Positions 51,240-63,524 of a DNA stretch of 64,000 bases are shown in pieces. Made by a program: the position numbers and the translations under genes. The notes under the pieces were generated by a model that did not search any database, was not told where the DNA came from, and saw only the letters and a list, made by a program, of their open reading frames with translations. The stretch comes from Felis catus (lineage: Eukaryota): the NCBI RefSeq assembly GCF_018350175.1, contig NC_058368.1, positions 213,034,001 to 213,098,000 of the forward strand. Direction: 5' to 3'. Numbering within the stretch: the stretch's first letter is position 1; each line of letters opens with the position of its first letter.

Positions 51240-51924
51240 GGGCTCCTCACTAGCTCAGTCAGTGGAGCATGTGACTCTTGATCTTGGGGTTGTGGGTTCA
51301 AGTCCCATGCTGGGTGTAGAGATTACTTAAAAAATTTTTTAAATATATTTAAAGAAAAAGGATAAAAAAAATTAAATTAAATTAAAAAAATAAAGAAAAA
51401 GGATCATTGATTCCAGTTATAAAATGAATGGAGTCACGGGGATAAAAGTCACAGCATAGGGAATATAGTCGATGGTATTGTAATAGCGTTGTATGGTGAC
51501 AGATGGTAGCTACACTTGTGATGAGCAGAGCAGAACGTGTAGACATGTGGAGTCACGGTTGTACACCTGAAACTAACGTAGCATTGTGTGTCCATGATAT
51601 TTCCATTAAAATAAATAAATAAGCGAATACATAAATAAATAAATAAATAAATAAATAAATAGGGGGTCCTGGGTGGCTCAGTCGGTTAAGCGTCCGACTT
51701 TGACTCAGGTCACGATCTCGAGGTTCACTAGTCTGAGCCCCACGTTGGGCTGTTTCCTGACAGCTCAGAGCCTGGAGCCTGCCTCGGATTCTGTGTCTCC
51801 CTCTCTCTCTGCCCCTCCTCTGTTTGCACTTTGTCTCTGTCTCTCTCTGTCTCTCAAAAATTAATAAACATTTTTAAAAAATTTAAGTAAATAAATCAAT
51901 AAATAATAAAATAATATTAAAGAG
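51240..51924 (+). mobile_element. Short SINEC (51240-51395), truncated L1 3' end (51417-51660) and Can-SINE (51662-51900)
   Basis: L1 3' UTR acagcatagggaatatagtcgatggtattgtaatagcgttgtatggtgacagatggtagctacacttg; SINE heads. Confidence 0.88.
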
Positions 51925-52832
51925 AAAAGATCATTGATTCCAGGGCTACAGTGGTAGTTAAAAGATAATTAAAGTGACTGCTAATTGGTTATGAGGGTTC
52001 TTTTTGGGGTGGCGAAAATAAAAACACCGAACTGTACACTTTAAAGGGATGAATTCTTTGGTATGTGAATTGTATCTCAAAATTTTTTTCAGATAATTCA
52101 AGAGTGGTTAGTATGTTCCAGAGATCCTGAGGTAAGCACTACATAAAAAAGTAGCTATCCCTTTGAGCCACCTACTGTGTGTCGGACCCTTTACTAAGTT
52201 ATCTGCTTTCACCCTCTTATTTAATCTCTATAACCTCCCTAGAGGGAAAAAGTGTTGGTACCGCATTTTACAGCTGAGGAAATGGATTTAGAGAGTCCCT
52301 TGCTTAAAATCATACATGTAAAATTAGGCAAAATCATGTGAAACTGCCATTTTGTAGGCTATTTTTTGTTCAAATGTTGTCAGTTTCTTCCAGCTCAATC
52401 TACTGAGTAGCTATATCTGTCCAAGTGCTTAACTGTGCACGTGGGAAAACCACTCCAGGGAGATAGGCAGTAGAGAACTAGGAGATGGTAAGAGCCTAGT
52501 TCACTGAACGACAATGCGCACCAGAAAGGGCTTCATGTGAACAAGAGATAAGCTTCTATTGCATGAAACCACAAAGAATTTGAGTTTTGTCTGTTTTACC
52601 AGGGGCACCACTTATTCTAACAAATATGCCAGGTCTATGGAACTCCAGAACCCGTGTTCCTATCCACTTGTCATTTGCCTTCTTTGGGAAGTTTAGAGCC
52701 TGGTCATAGATGCATGTACAATGGACTAGAATACTAGAATCAAAGAAAGAAATGGCTAAGTTCCACAGAGTGGAATAAATAACAAATCATAGGGTTAATG
52801 TAACAGAGGGCATAAAAAAACCAGTGGCTTAT

Positions 52833-53065
52833 AGGGAGCCTGGGTGACTCAGTCGGTTAAGTGTCTACTTCTTGATTTCAGCTCGGGTTGTGATCTCACA
52901 GTTCATGAGTTTGAGCCCTGCATTGGGCTCTGTGCAGACAATGCTGAGCCTGCTTGGGATTCTCTCCCTCTCTTTGTGTTCCTCTCCCACTTGTGCACTC
53001 TCTCACTCTCTCTCCCTCTTAAAATCAATAAATAAACTTAAAAAAAAAAAAAAGGAAAAGAAAAG
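52833..53065 (+). mobile_element. Can-SINE abutting the RPL21 retrocopy
   Basis: Head, body and A tail. Confidence 0.9.
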
Positions 53066-53080
53066 AAAAACAAGTGGCTT

Positions 53081-53690
53081 GGCCTTTCAGCCAGATCTGC
53101 CATCTTCCAGTAACGCACCAAGATGACCAACAAGAAGGAAAGAGGGAGGACTCCGGCTATCTGTTCTCTAGGCCTTTTGGAAAACATAGATTTGTTCCTT
53201 TGGCCACATATATGCAAGTCTACGAGAAAGGTGATATTGTGGACATCAAGGGAATGGGCGCTGTTCAGAAAGAAATGCCCCACAAATCGTGGCAAAACTG
53301 GAAGAGTCTACAGTGGTACCCAGCATGCAGTTGGCACTGTTATAAGCAAACAAAGGCAGGATTTTTGCCAAGAGAATTCATGTACGTAGTGAGTATATTA
53401 AGCACTCTGTGAGCAGAGATAGCTTGTTGAAGCGCGTGAAGGAAAATGACCAGGAAAAGAAGGAAGCCAAAGAGAAAGATACTGGGGTTCAACCGAAGCG
53501 CCAGCCTGCCCCACCCAAGAAGCACACTTTGTGAGAACTAACAGAAGGCAGCTGCTGGAACCCAGTCCCTGTGAATTCATGGCATGATAAGTGTGAAAAA
53601 AGGACCTCTAGACTGTAACCATGTTTCTCTTAAATGAGAAGTGTGGCGCCCCCTCCCCCAAAGAAGTATTTAAAACAAAAGCAAACAAAC
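53081..53690 (+). pseudogene. RPL21: RPL21 (eL21) processed pseudogene with several frameshifts
   Basis: Intronless, from ATG 53123 to TGA 53585-53587. Fragments MTNKK..., [70 protein letters not shown] and ..EFMA* lie in different frames. It has a 5' UTR remnant, an A-rich tail and flanking direct repeats (a)agtggctt. Confidence 0.95.
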
Positions 53691-54213
53691 AAAACACAGT
53701 GGCTTACCCAAATAAAGGGCTTATTCTTCCCGAAAAGTTAGAAGCCTGGAAGTGTGCAGACCAGACCGGGGCTGGAACGCTGTCTCCGTGACTCCATTAA
53801 AACCCCAGATATTCATACCTTTCCACTCCACCATCCTCAACGTGTGGCCTTCTGGGAAAAAAGGGTAAGTCCAAGGATGAAGGTACATGCCAGTCAAAAT
53901 CACTCCCCTTTTAAAGAGCTTCCTCTGAAGCCCCTCCCAGAAATGATCACTTGGCAAGAACTGTCAGTGGCTACTCTCGCTTCAAAGGAGACTGTGAAAT
54001 GTGATTACTTTTAAGATGGTCACATTTACCCCCCTATATAAAATCAGAGCTCTGTTAGTAATGGCAAGTGGAAAATGAACATTAGGTCACATAGTCTGCC
54101 TCATGCAGCAAGGGTGTTCAAAAGCCTGAGTGGACAAAACATTGGCAGATGCCCACTACAAGGGTCAGCCAGAATTTGAACCCAGGTTTGATTGCCTCAG
54201 AGTCATTATTCTT

Positions 54214-54436
54214 TTTTTTTTTTTTTTTTTTTCAACGTTTATTTATTTTTTGGGACAGAGAGAGACAAAGCATGAATGGGGGAGGGGCAGAGAGAGAGGG
54301 AGACACAGAATCGGAAACAGGCTCCAGGCTCCGAGCCATCAGCCCAGAGCCTGACGCGGGGCTCGAACTCACGGACCGCGAGATCATGACCTGGCTGAAG
54401 TCGGACGCTTAACCGACTACGCCACCCAGGCGCCCC
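54214..54436 (-). mobile_element. Young felid Can-SINE of the same subfamily as the copy at 32690
   Basis: Shared diagnostic segments ggctccgagccatcagccc and gacctggctgaag; 17-bp TSD tcagagtcatta(t/c)tctt. Confidence 0.95.
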
Positions 54437-54529
54437 TCAGAGTCATTACTCTTAATCCCAAACCATGCTGACTCCTTCATGGATATATAGTCTAGGAAAG
54501 CATGTGTGCTATTTACCAGAACACAAGGA

Positions 54530-54983
54530 CAGCATACTCATTTCCTACTGCTGCTATAACAAATAACAACAGACTAGGCAACTTAACATCACAGGTTTGT
54601 TCTCTTACACTTCTGGAGGCCACAAGTCTGAAATCACTCTCTGAGCTTAAGTCCAAGGTGTTGGCAGGGCTCCTTCCTTTTGGAGGTTCTGAAGGAGAGT
54701 ATGTTTCCTGACCATCCTTGCCTCCAGCTTCGAAAGGCCACCCACAGTCTTTAGCCGGTGGCCCTCTCCTCGAGTCCCTGAGATATCACATCTCCTGCTA
54801 TAGTCAAATCTCCCTCTGCCTCTGTCTTGTAAGGACCCCTGCGATCACATTTGCAGCCCATCCAGATAATCGGAAATCCTTCTCATCGCAAGATCCCTAA
54901 CCCAATCATAATAGCCAAGTGCTTCTTGCCTTGTGATGTACATTCACAGGTTCTGGGAATTAGGTCATGGATATCTTTAGTGG
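54530..54983 (-). mobile_element. MLT1C/D-like MaLR LTR
   Basis: ttcctactgctgctataacaaat...ttctggaggccacaagtctgaaatc...ggccattattcagcctgccaca. Confidence 0.75.
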
Positions 54984-55085
54984 CCATTATTCAGCCTGCC
55001 ACAAATAGTAAGTTATAAATTAATAAGTGCAAGGGAAAAAAAGGATGACAGCATTTGCAAATGCCTTAAATAAAGAGCAAAATTA

Positions 55086-55871
55086 GGGGCACCTAGGTGT
55101 CTCACTCGGTCAAGTGTCCGACTCTAGGTTTCAGCTCAGTTTATGATCTGATGGTTTCATGAGTTCGAGTCCACATGGGGCTCCACACTGACAGTGCTGA
55201 GTCTTCTTGGGATTCTCTGTCTCCCTCACTCTCTGCCCCTCCCCCACTTGCACTGTCTTTATCTCTCTCAAAATAAATAAATAAGCTTGAAAAAAGCAAA
55301 ATTAATATGTGGACTCGAGAAAAAAAAAAACTCAAAAACAAAAAAGCAAACAGACTCTTCAATATGGAGAACAAAGTAATGTTGCCACAGGAAGGGTGGG
55401 TAGGTAAAATAGATAAAGGGGATTAAGAGATACAAGCTTCTAGTAATAAAATAAATAAGTCATGGAGATGAAAATGCAGCATAGGGAATATTGTCAATAA
55501 TATTGTGATAACGTATGGTGACAGATGGTGATGGCATGTCATCATGGTGAACACAATTAATGGAGAGAATTGTTGAATCACCACATTGTACACCCAAAAC
55601 TAATGTAACATTGTACGTCAACTATACTTCAACAATTATTTTTTAGCTTAAAAAAAAATTTAAGAAAGCACACTGAGAGGGGTGCCTGGGTCACTCAGTC
55701 TGTTGGGTGTCCAACTCTGATTTCGGCTCAGATTATGATCCCAGGGTTGTGGGATCGAGCCCCGCATCAGGCTCCATGCTGAGCGTGGAGCCTGCTTCAG
55801 ATTCTCTCTCTCTTTCTCCCTCTGCCCCCCTCCCCTGCTCGTGCTTCCTGTCTCTCTAAAATAAAATAAAA
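55086..55871 (+). mobile_element. Can-SINE (55086-55297), L1 3' end (about 55305-55660) and Can-SINE (55679-55871)
   Basis: SINE bodies; L1 3' UTR gcagcatagggaatattgtcaataatattgtgataacgtatggtgacagatgg. Confidence 0.85.
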
Positions 55872-56613
55872 AGAGAGCACACGGAGAAAGTCAACAGAGA
55901 GATACTGCTTGGATAGTCAGAAAGAGGAGCATAAGTGATTTGGAAATGAGAAGACAACACAGACATTTTAGGGAACCAAGTAAAATAATCTGGACCAAGA
56001 ATAGACTGGGTCAGAGCTGGAAGGGAGAGTTTGAGACCAAGACACCTTGTTAGGGCTTATCTCCAAGGCTGGACAAAAGAAGATTCAAGATCACTCAGGC
56101 CCCTGAGGATGTCTGTTCACAAGCACTTTGGATCCTGCCGCACCCTTTCCACTGGCACGGGCAGCTCTGGCCCCTCTGCAGGTGAGGGGACCTCAGGCCA
56201 GGACGAGGGTGAGGCAAGAGCAGGAGCCGGGCCCCACTCAGGCTGGTGCCCTGCTGCCCCCGCACTCACAGGACCCCAAAAGGGAGCGCCTCTGTGGAGT
56301 CTGTGCCCTCTGCACCTCGCTTCCTCCCACCCTAATCCCGGGCCTGGGGAGCTTCTAGATAAGCAAGGCTTGCCTAGGCCTTGAAGGGTGCACCCGAACA
56401 ATGTCAAGAAAGACATTTTAAGCAGTATACTTCATGAACCTTCCCCCTGTCATGGCCCCTTACAGACACTCTAATTTCTGAGTCTAGACAATTGTGCTGA
56501 AGCAAGGCATTCCTTCACCCAGGGGAGCCCTCAAACAAAAGCTGAATGTCTCCTGACATTTGCTTTAGGTTAACTTTCCTCAAAGTTCAAGTGCCTTAAA
56601 AATGTAAAAGGAT

Positions 56614-56798
56614 GGGGCACCTGGGTGGCTCAGTCAAGCATCTGACTTTGGCTCAGGTCAGTTTGGCCATGAGGTCATAATCTCACGGTTTGTGAGTTCG
56701 GGCCCTGCATCGGGCTCTCAGCTGTCAGCGCAGAGCCTGCTTCGGATGCTCTGTCCCCCTCTCTTTCTGCCCCTCCCCCACCCATCCCCACTCATGCA

Positions 56799-56838
<40 letters not shown>

Positions 56839-56858
56839 AATAAAATAAACATTTTTTT
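56614..56858 (+). mobile_element. Can-SINE with a small internal duplication
   Basis: tttggctcaggtcagtttggccatgaggtca; TSD aaatg(t/c)aaaagga. Confidence 0.88.
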
Positions 56859-57279
56859 AAATGCAAAAGGAGGCCACAGCTTGCTGGATCCCTTCCTGCC
56901 CTGGGCCTGCCTGCCGGCCTCAAGCAAGTCTGCCTAGAGACCAAGGGAGGTATGCAGAGGGCCGGGCTCTAACACCACCGTGTGGCAGTTTTCTTGCTGA
57001 CTGCCCCTGCACACCTCACGTGTTGAGTTGGTGGTACAACAAAGAAAGCTGAAGAAGAAATAAGGGTTGAAGGTATCCAAGTCTAAATGGGAGTATTTCC
57101 TTTCATTGCTTTAAAAAAAAAACATGTAGCTTCTCCTGAGGAGGCTGTCCCACATCAAGGAGAAAGGGGTCCAGAAAGACAGAAGCCAGGGATGTTGATA
57201 ATGACACTTTGGCTTCCTGTTGCCCACAAAGATCGGGAAGGGGGCCAATCGGAAGGATTGCTGACTTGTTCTTGGGCAG

Positions 57280-57485
57280 AGACTCAACTCTGACACTATC
57301 GCACATGGGGTTGAATAATTCTTCCTTGCAGGGCTCTCCGGTGCGTTGTAAAATGGTTAGCAGCATCCCTGGCCTCTACTAGATGCCAATGGCGCCCCTC
57401 CCAGTCATGACAACCAAAAAACATCTCCAAACATTGCCAAATATCCCCCAGGGGGCAAAGTGGTCCCCATTTGAGAATTGTGGCT
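57280..57485. mobile_element. MER20 hAT-Charlie relic
   Basis: ttagcagcatccctggcctctactagatgcca...gacaaccaaaaacatctccaaacattgccaaatatccccc. Confidence 0.8.
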
Positions 57486-57627
57486 TGTAAGAACTGTCAG
57501 TGTCTCAGTTGACTTCATCAAAGTGACTTTCCCATCTAGGACATTCCTGTGAATTCTGAATAAGAGGAAAGATGACGTGTTACAGAACACTCATAATTCT
57601 AGTCATCCCAAAATTATAACCCAAAGT

Positions 57628-57838
57628 GGGGGTGCCTGGGTGGCTCAGTTGGTTAAGTGTCCGACCTCTGCTCAGGTCAGGATCTCACCCCTGGTGAGTT
57701 TGAGCCTTGCATCAGGCTCTGTGCTGACAGCTCAGAGCCTGGAGCCTGCTTCGGATTCTGCATCTCTGGCTCTCTCTCTCTGTCATGCTCACTCTCTCTC
57801 TCTCTCTCTCAAAAATAAATAAATAAACATTAAAAAAA
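57628..57838 (+). mobile_element. Can-SINE
   Basis: Head, body and tail. Confidence 0.9.
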
Positions 57839-59029
57839 CTTTTAATGATGCCCAAAAGTATATTACAACTATATAATTTACATATTATACAGGAACCCTG
57901 ACTTAGTGTAGGAGGAGGAAGTAAGGGGCCCTGCACTACCCCTCACAGAGACTTCTAAACACCACACACATGTCCGTCCACAAAAACTCACTTGCAAACA
58001 TTCCCTCATCCTATCCTTTTTGTCTGAAAATGATGCCAACAGCTACAACTCATAACCTTTTTAAATTTATAATGCAGGGCATTTATATATATAATTATAT
58101 CTATAGATAAGCAAATAGACAATATATGTCTTATTCCATTTGGCATAGCAACTCGGCTACAGGAGTTAGCTTTCTCTTAGTACCACAGGTAGGAGTAAAA
58201 TGGGTGGTGTGGGTATAGCTTCAACTCTTGGGACACAGTAAAGTGATCGGTGTCATTTCTTGTATGTCTAGTATCCATGATGGTCACGGGAATAAGAGGT
58301 CCTTAGCTACCTCTGTCACCGGAGAGGATGTGCAGGGCGCCTGGAGAGAAATTGCCAGTGGGGACCATCCCCTCCCTGCAGCTCCTGCGCTCTGTCTCAT
58401 GGCTCTCAAGGTAAGGATATTGCTGAAAGGAGGCCAGGCTTCCCAGGCTCTCCTTCTCTTCCCCTTCAGGCCCATCCCCTCCCCTCCTGTTCTGCCTGCG
58501 GCTGCCTCTGTAGCTCTCTCCTCCCAGAACTTCCATTTCAATCACTTCAAGCCGGCCTCTGAGCATCTGTAATGTGCCTCCCTTGCTGTCTCCTGTACAG
58601 CTGGCTGGGCGATGAGCTCTGCTATAGGACAGAGATGGACCATTTCTGCCTTGACTGTCCCCCACCATGAATAAGCCTGGGGACGAGGGCCGCTATCTTG
58701 TAGATTCCCCACAAGAGTGGGAAAACAAACGGCATCAGAAAGATGATTAGACAAAAAGCTATAATGGGGGGGAAAAGAACAAGATTTTTTAAAAAGATTA
58801 TTTCAAAGCAAGCTGCTGTAAGGATTCTGTATACTGTAAGGCTACTGCATAAACTGTGCTGTCAGTATGCATTGTATTTCCTTCCATTCCTCCTGTTGGC
58901 TTTTCCCGTAGCCTTGTCCCCAGTGAGACGGGGCCTGAGGGCTGAGCCACTCCCACCAGCTGCAAATTCCACCCTAACACCAAATTATATGGAGCACAAA
59001 GGCCATATATCTTTGGACATTAGGTTAGC

Positions 59030-59070
59030 TGTATTAGTCAGGATTCTCCAAAGGAAACACAACAAATAGG

Positions 59071-59111
<41 letters not shown>

Positions 59112-59459
59112 GAGAAAGACAGAGATTTTAAGGAACTGGCTCACATGATTGTGGGGGCTGGAAAGTCTGAAATCTGCCAGGTGGGCTGGACACCCAGGTA
59201 AGAGCTGATGTTGCAGTCTCAAATGCAAAGGCAGATGGCAGGCAGAACTCCCTCTGCCCTGGGGAACTTCTGGCTTTGCTCTTAAGGCTTTCAACTGATT
59301 GCAGGAGCCCCACCCACATTATGGAGGGTAATCCGCTTTACTCAAAGTCTATTTATTTAAATATTAATGACACCTGAAAATGCCTTCACAGCAACATCTA
59401 GACTGGTGTTTAACATAGCCATAGCCTAGCCAGGTTAACACATAAAACTGACCATCACT
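59030..59459 (-). mobile_element. MLT2-type ERVL LTR containing a (TG)n tract
   Basis: tgtattagtcaggattctcca...aaggaactggctcacatgattgtgggggctgg...acacataaaactgaccatcac. Confidence 0.82.
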
Positions 59460-59796
59460 GTCATCCTAAAACCCTACCTAGTGGAAAAGAACTGGATTCA
59501 GTAGGACTTGAATCAGAGTTGAGGTACAGGAACTGCCTCTAGGGAGCCCCCTGCAACGGTCCAGATTGAAGAACCCACGGATAAATGGCATGTGCTGCCT
59601 TCCACGTGCCTTCCCCACTCTCATCTTTTTCAAGCCCGCTCTAAAGCTGTAACTGCTGGTGGAGCTCCCAATTTCCTTTGCCTCTATGAGGGCTTGCTGG
59701 CCTTTGTCACTAGCTCGAAGTTGGGAGGGTTCGCTAGACTCTTCAGGCAGGTCTAGACCAAAAATTCCTTCAGTGGCCATGTGGGGAACCTGGAGT

Positions 59797-59832
<36 letters not shown>

Positions 59833-60639
59833 TTCAGTGGAGATATAGATGGCTATCCATTTATATAGATAGAGATAAAGATATAGAGATAGAGATACAT
59901 AGGTAAAGATATAGATATTCAGTGAAGACATTAAACAACAGTATGATCCCAGAATGAACAAGAATCAGACTTGTCACTAGGTCAGCATTCAGGTCCTGGT
60001 CTCCCACCCCTCCCTGCATCTATCTATATGACATTGGTTAAGGTAGAGACCTGGCGGCCCTTTTCCTTTCTCTGTAAAAATAGCAATGGAGAGGATAGAG
60101 GGCATCTCTAGGTGGATTCTCTATCCCTTCCATTTACAAACAAATTACGTTCTAGTTCTAGACAATGGAGTAAAAGTGTATTACAGCAGATGACTAACAT
60201 TTCCAATGTGAGCCTAGCACCACCTGTCCTTACCTCTGTAGGCCATACCAGTTTCTCCAGCCCTGCAAGACTGGGCTAACAAGATCAGGTTAAGCTCATT
60301 CTCTGGTTTGTACAGAGAGCGCAGGCTTCAGAGTGGCAGGTGGCTCATCTAGCCTTTCAACTCTGACCTGGAGACAAATGGCAAATCACTGGGACATGCC
60401 AAGTTCACACCCTCCAAGATGGCGACAATCCTACCTTCCTCACAGGGCTGCTGAAAAGACTGAATTAGAGAAACACTGAGCACAGTGTCTGGAACATAGT
60501 AATTGCTTTGAAAATGCTGACTTTAAAATTATGATCTCACCTCCCTAAGTGAATTTTAAGACTGAAACAAGGGTTATGTCTATGATCTTGCTTATATTTT
60601 TCCCTCTTCCCACCCACCTAGCATGAAGAATGAATGAAT

Positions 60640-61199
60640 GCTACCTCACACCCCTGCAGATGGCTACTGTCAAAAAAATAATAATAACAGAAAATAACAA
60701 GTGTTGGAGACATGTAGGAGAAATTAGAACCTTTGTAGACTGTTGGCAGGAATGTAAAATAGTGCAGCCGCTATAGAAAACAGTATGGTGATTCCTCAGT
60801 AAATCAAAAATAGAACTACCATATGATCCAGCAATTCCATTTCTGAGTATTTACCCCAAAGAATTGAAAGCAGGGATCCATGTTCATAACAACATTATCC
60901 ACAATAGCCAAAAAGATGGAAGCAACCCAAGTGTCCATCAACTCAGAAGAATTATAAACTAAACGTGATTGGTATATTACACACATACTCACACTCACAC
61001 ACAGAAATACTATTCAGTCTTTAAAGAGAAGGAAATCCAGGGTGCCTAGGTGGGTCAGTCAGTTAAGCATCGGACTTTTGATTTTGGCTCAGGTCATGAT
61101 CTCACAGTTTGTGAGTTCGAGCCTCATATTGGGCTATGTGCTGACAGTGTGGAGACTGCTTGGGATTCTCTCTCTCCCTCTTTCTGTCCCTCCTTGCCT

Positions 61200-61230
<31 letters not shown>

Positions 61231-61568
61231 CTTTAAAAAATAATTTAAATAAAAGGAAGGAAATTCTAGGGATGTCTGGGTGGCTCAGTCAGTTGAGCGT
61301 CCAACTCTTGATTTTGGCTCAGGTCATGATCCCAGGGTCATGGGTTCAAGTCTTGCATCAGGCTCCATGCTGAGTGTGCAGCCTGCTTGAGATTCTCTCC
61401 CTGCCCCCCCCCCTGCTTTCTCTCTAAAATTCAAAAAAAAATTAGGGGCACCTGGGTGGCTCAGTCAGTTAAGCATCTGTCTCTTGGTTTGGGCTCAGGT
61501 CATGATCTCACAGTTCGTGAGATTGAGCCTGAAATCAGGTTCTGCACTGAGAGCATGGAGCCTACTTG

Positions 61569-61620
<52 letters not shown>

Positions 61621-61675
61621 CCCTGCTCATCATACTCTCTCTGTGTCTCTCAAATTAATAAACATTAAAAAAAAA
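60640..61675 (+). mobile_element. L1 ORF2-end fragment (60640-61038) followed by three tandem Can-SINEs (61040, 61268, 61445)
   Basis: gaaaataacaagtgttgg...gaactaccatatgatccagcaattcc; three SINE heads. Confidence 0.88.
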
Positions 61676-62756
61676 CCTCTTCCTATGTCAAACTGAAATA
61701 TAGTTCCTTCAACCTGAATTCACTAGTCCTGCTTCTTGAAACAAAAGTGACTTTTATGATATGTAAGTTATATCTCAATAAAGCTGTTGTTTAAAAAAAT
61801 GCACGAACAAATGAGATTCTAATTATATCCAGATCATTGGGATTATTTTAATTCAGTGTCAATTCCAGGAGAAGGGAGGTTTGTCATTAATAATTTGGGT
61901 CAGAAATACAGGTAGTAAGAGGTTCAGATGGGTCTTATTGGCAAACCTCAGTCCTTTGATATTTTTTGGCTAATGGCCTGAGGGTTGCTAGAAGCCCTAA
62001 GCTTTGGCAATTGACCACAGGGCCCTCATCTCTCTGAAGCCACTGGTTAGTCTAACTACGGAGTCTCTTTAGAGCACTAGGACTAGAAAGAGTACATCTA
62101 TTCTTCCAGAAACGCCCTACTGAGAATTCCATTTATACTTGCCATTATAATGATGTAATTGCATGCTACTCATTGATAATGTGCAAAACAGTCACTAGAG
62201 AACATAAACCAACAGCTGGTGAGCAACCTCCTTGCAAAATGCTAAAGGCAAACTTCAAAAGATTTTTTTTGTCAATTGGTTTTGCGAACCTGACACAGTA
62301 ATCCCAGATGTGCAGGAGAGCGTATGTAGCGGCTCGGAAGCAACAGTGACACATTCTGTAAAATGGCACATTGTCAGAACCAGTCAAGGAAGAAAACCCA
62401 AAGGCAGTGATGCGCCAGAAAGTGGAATTACGATTCACTGGCAGGCCTTCACTCCCATCAACGATCCAAACTTTTCATGCTTAAAAACACCTTCTGTCCC
62501 CCTAAGGCATTTCCATAGAGCATGTAAATGTCAAACTGTTTCTCCTGAAAATACTTTCCTCAACCACCCAACAGAAGCCTTTGAGACTTGATCAAGGAGA
62601 TTTACTCGACCAAGGCCCATGTACCTGTTGTCTAATGGGCTTACATGAAGAGTTACACCAAGACCTGTCACTGAATTTCTGACAATCCGAATGGGCTTCT
62701 GGAACTGGGTTTTGAAAAATAGCAAACTGAAGTAAGTATTTGAAAATTGACAAATT

Positions 62757-62970
62757 GGGGTGCCTGGGTGGTTTAGTTATTTAAGTGTCCGACTGTTGAT
62801 TTCAGTTCAGGTCATGATCTCATGGTTTGTGAGATTGAACCCCGTGTGGGGCTCCATGCTGACAGTGCAGAGCCTGCTTGGGATTCTCTCTCTCCCTCTC
62901 TCTCTGTCCCTCCCCCCATGCACTCCCTCCCTCCCTTTCTCTCCCAAAATAAATAGACATTAAAAAAAGA
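62757..62970 (+). mobile_element. Can-SINE
   Basis: Head, body and tail. Confidence 0.88.
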
Positions 62971-63303
62971 AAATTAATAAACCATTCCTATGACTTGAGT
63001 ATAAATGTGTATAAAAAAATCAACGTAGGACTAGAAAAGATAATTATTATAATAGGCATAGTTTTGTTAATCACCAGTCCCTCTTGTCTGAGATACTGAT
63101 AAACTTATCAAACCCAGCAAAGAAAGGCAATCTTGGGCCTGACCAGGTTTGTCATCTGAACCCTGGGTCCCCTTCTGCAGCGTCTTACAGGTTCCAGCTA
63201 AGGCACAATAGGGTCTGGGCATTTTCTTAGTTCTTAGACACACAACACAGGGCTGGCTTTATCATCTGTGGTTGCTTCTTTCTTAAAAAAATTTTTAGAT
63301 TGC

Positions 63304-63520
63304 GGAGCACCTGGGTGGCTCAGTTGGTTAAGCATCCGACTTCAGCTCAGGTCATAATCTCACGGTTCATGAGTTTGAGTCCCACGTCAGGCTCTGTGCG
63401 ACAGCTCAGAGGCTGGAGACTGCTTCAGAATCTGTGTCTCCCTCTCTCTCTGCCCCTCCCCCACTCATGCTCTGTCTCTCTCTGTCTCTCAAAAATAAAT
63501 GAACATTGAAAAAATTTAAA
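63304..63520 (+). mobile_element. Can-SINE inserted at the tail of a minus-strand L1
   Basis: TSD aaaaatttttagatt. Confidence 0.9.
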
Positions 63521-63524
63521 AAAA

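Noticed and set aside
53074..53412. 112-aa ORF with ribosomal protein similarity, considered as a functional retrogene
   Set aside because: Multiple frameshifts, deletions and substitutions relative to RPL21 identify it as a pseudogene.
1522..63509. Many similar 60-120 aa ORFs (MAQSVK..., SAQVMISRF..., [14 protein letters not shown]) that look like a gene family or repeat array
   Set aside because: They are translations of dispersed Can-SINE copies, not genes and not a CRISPR-like array.
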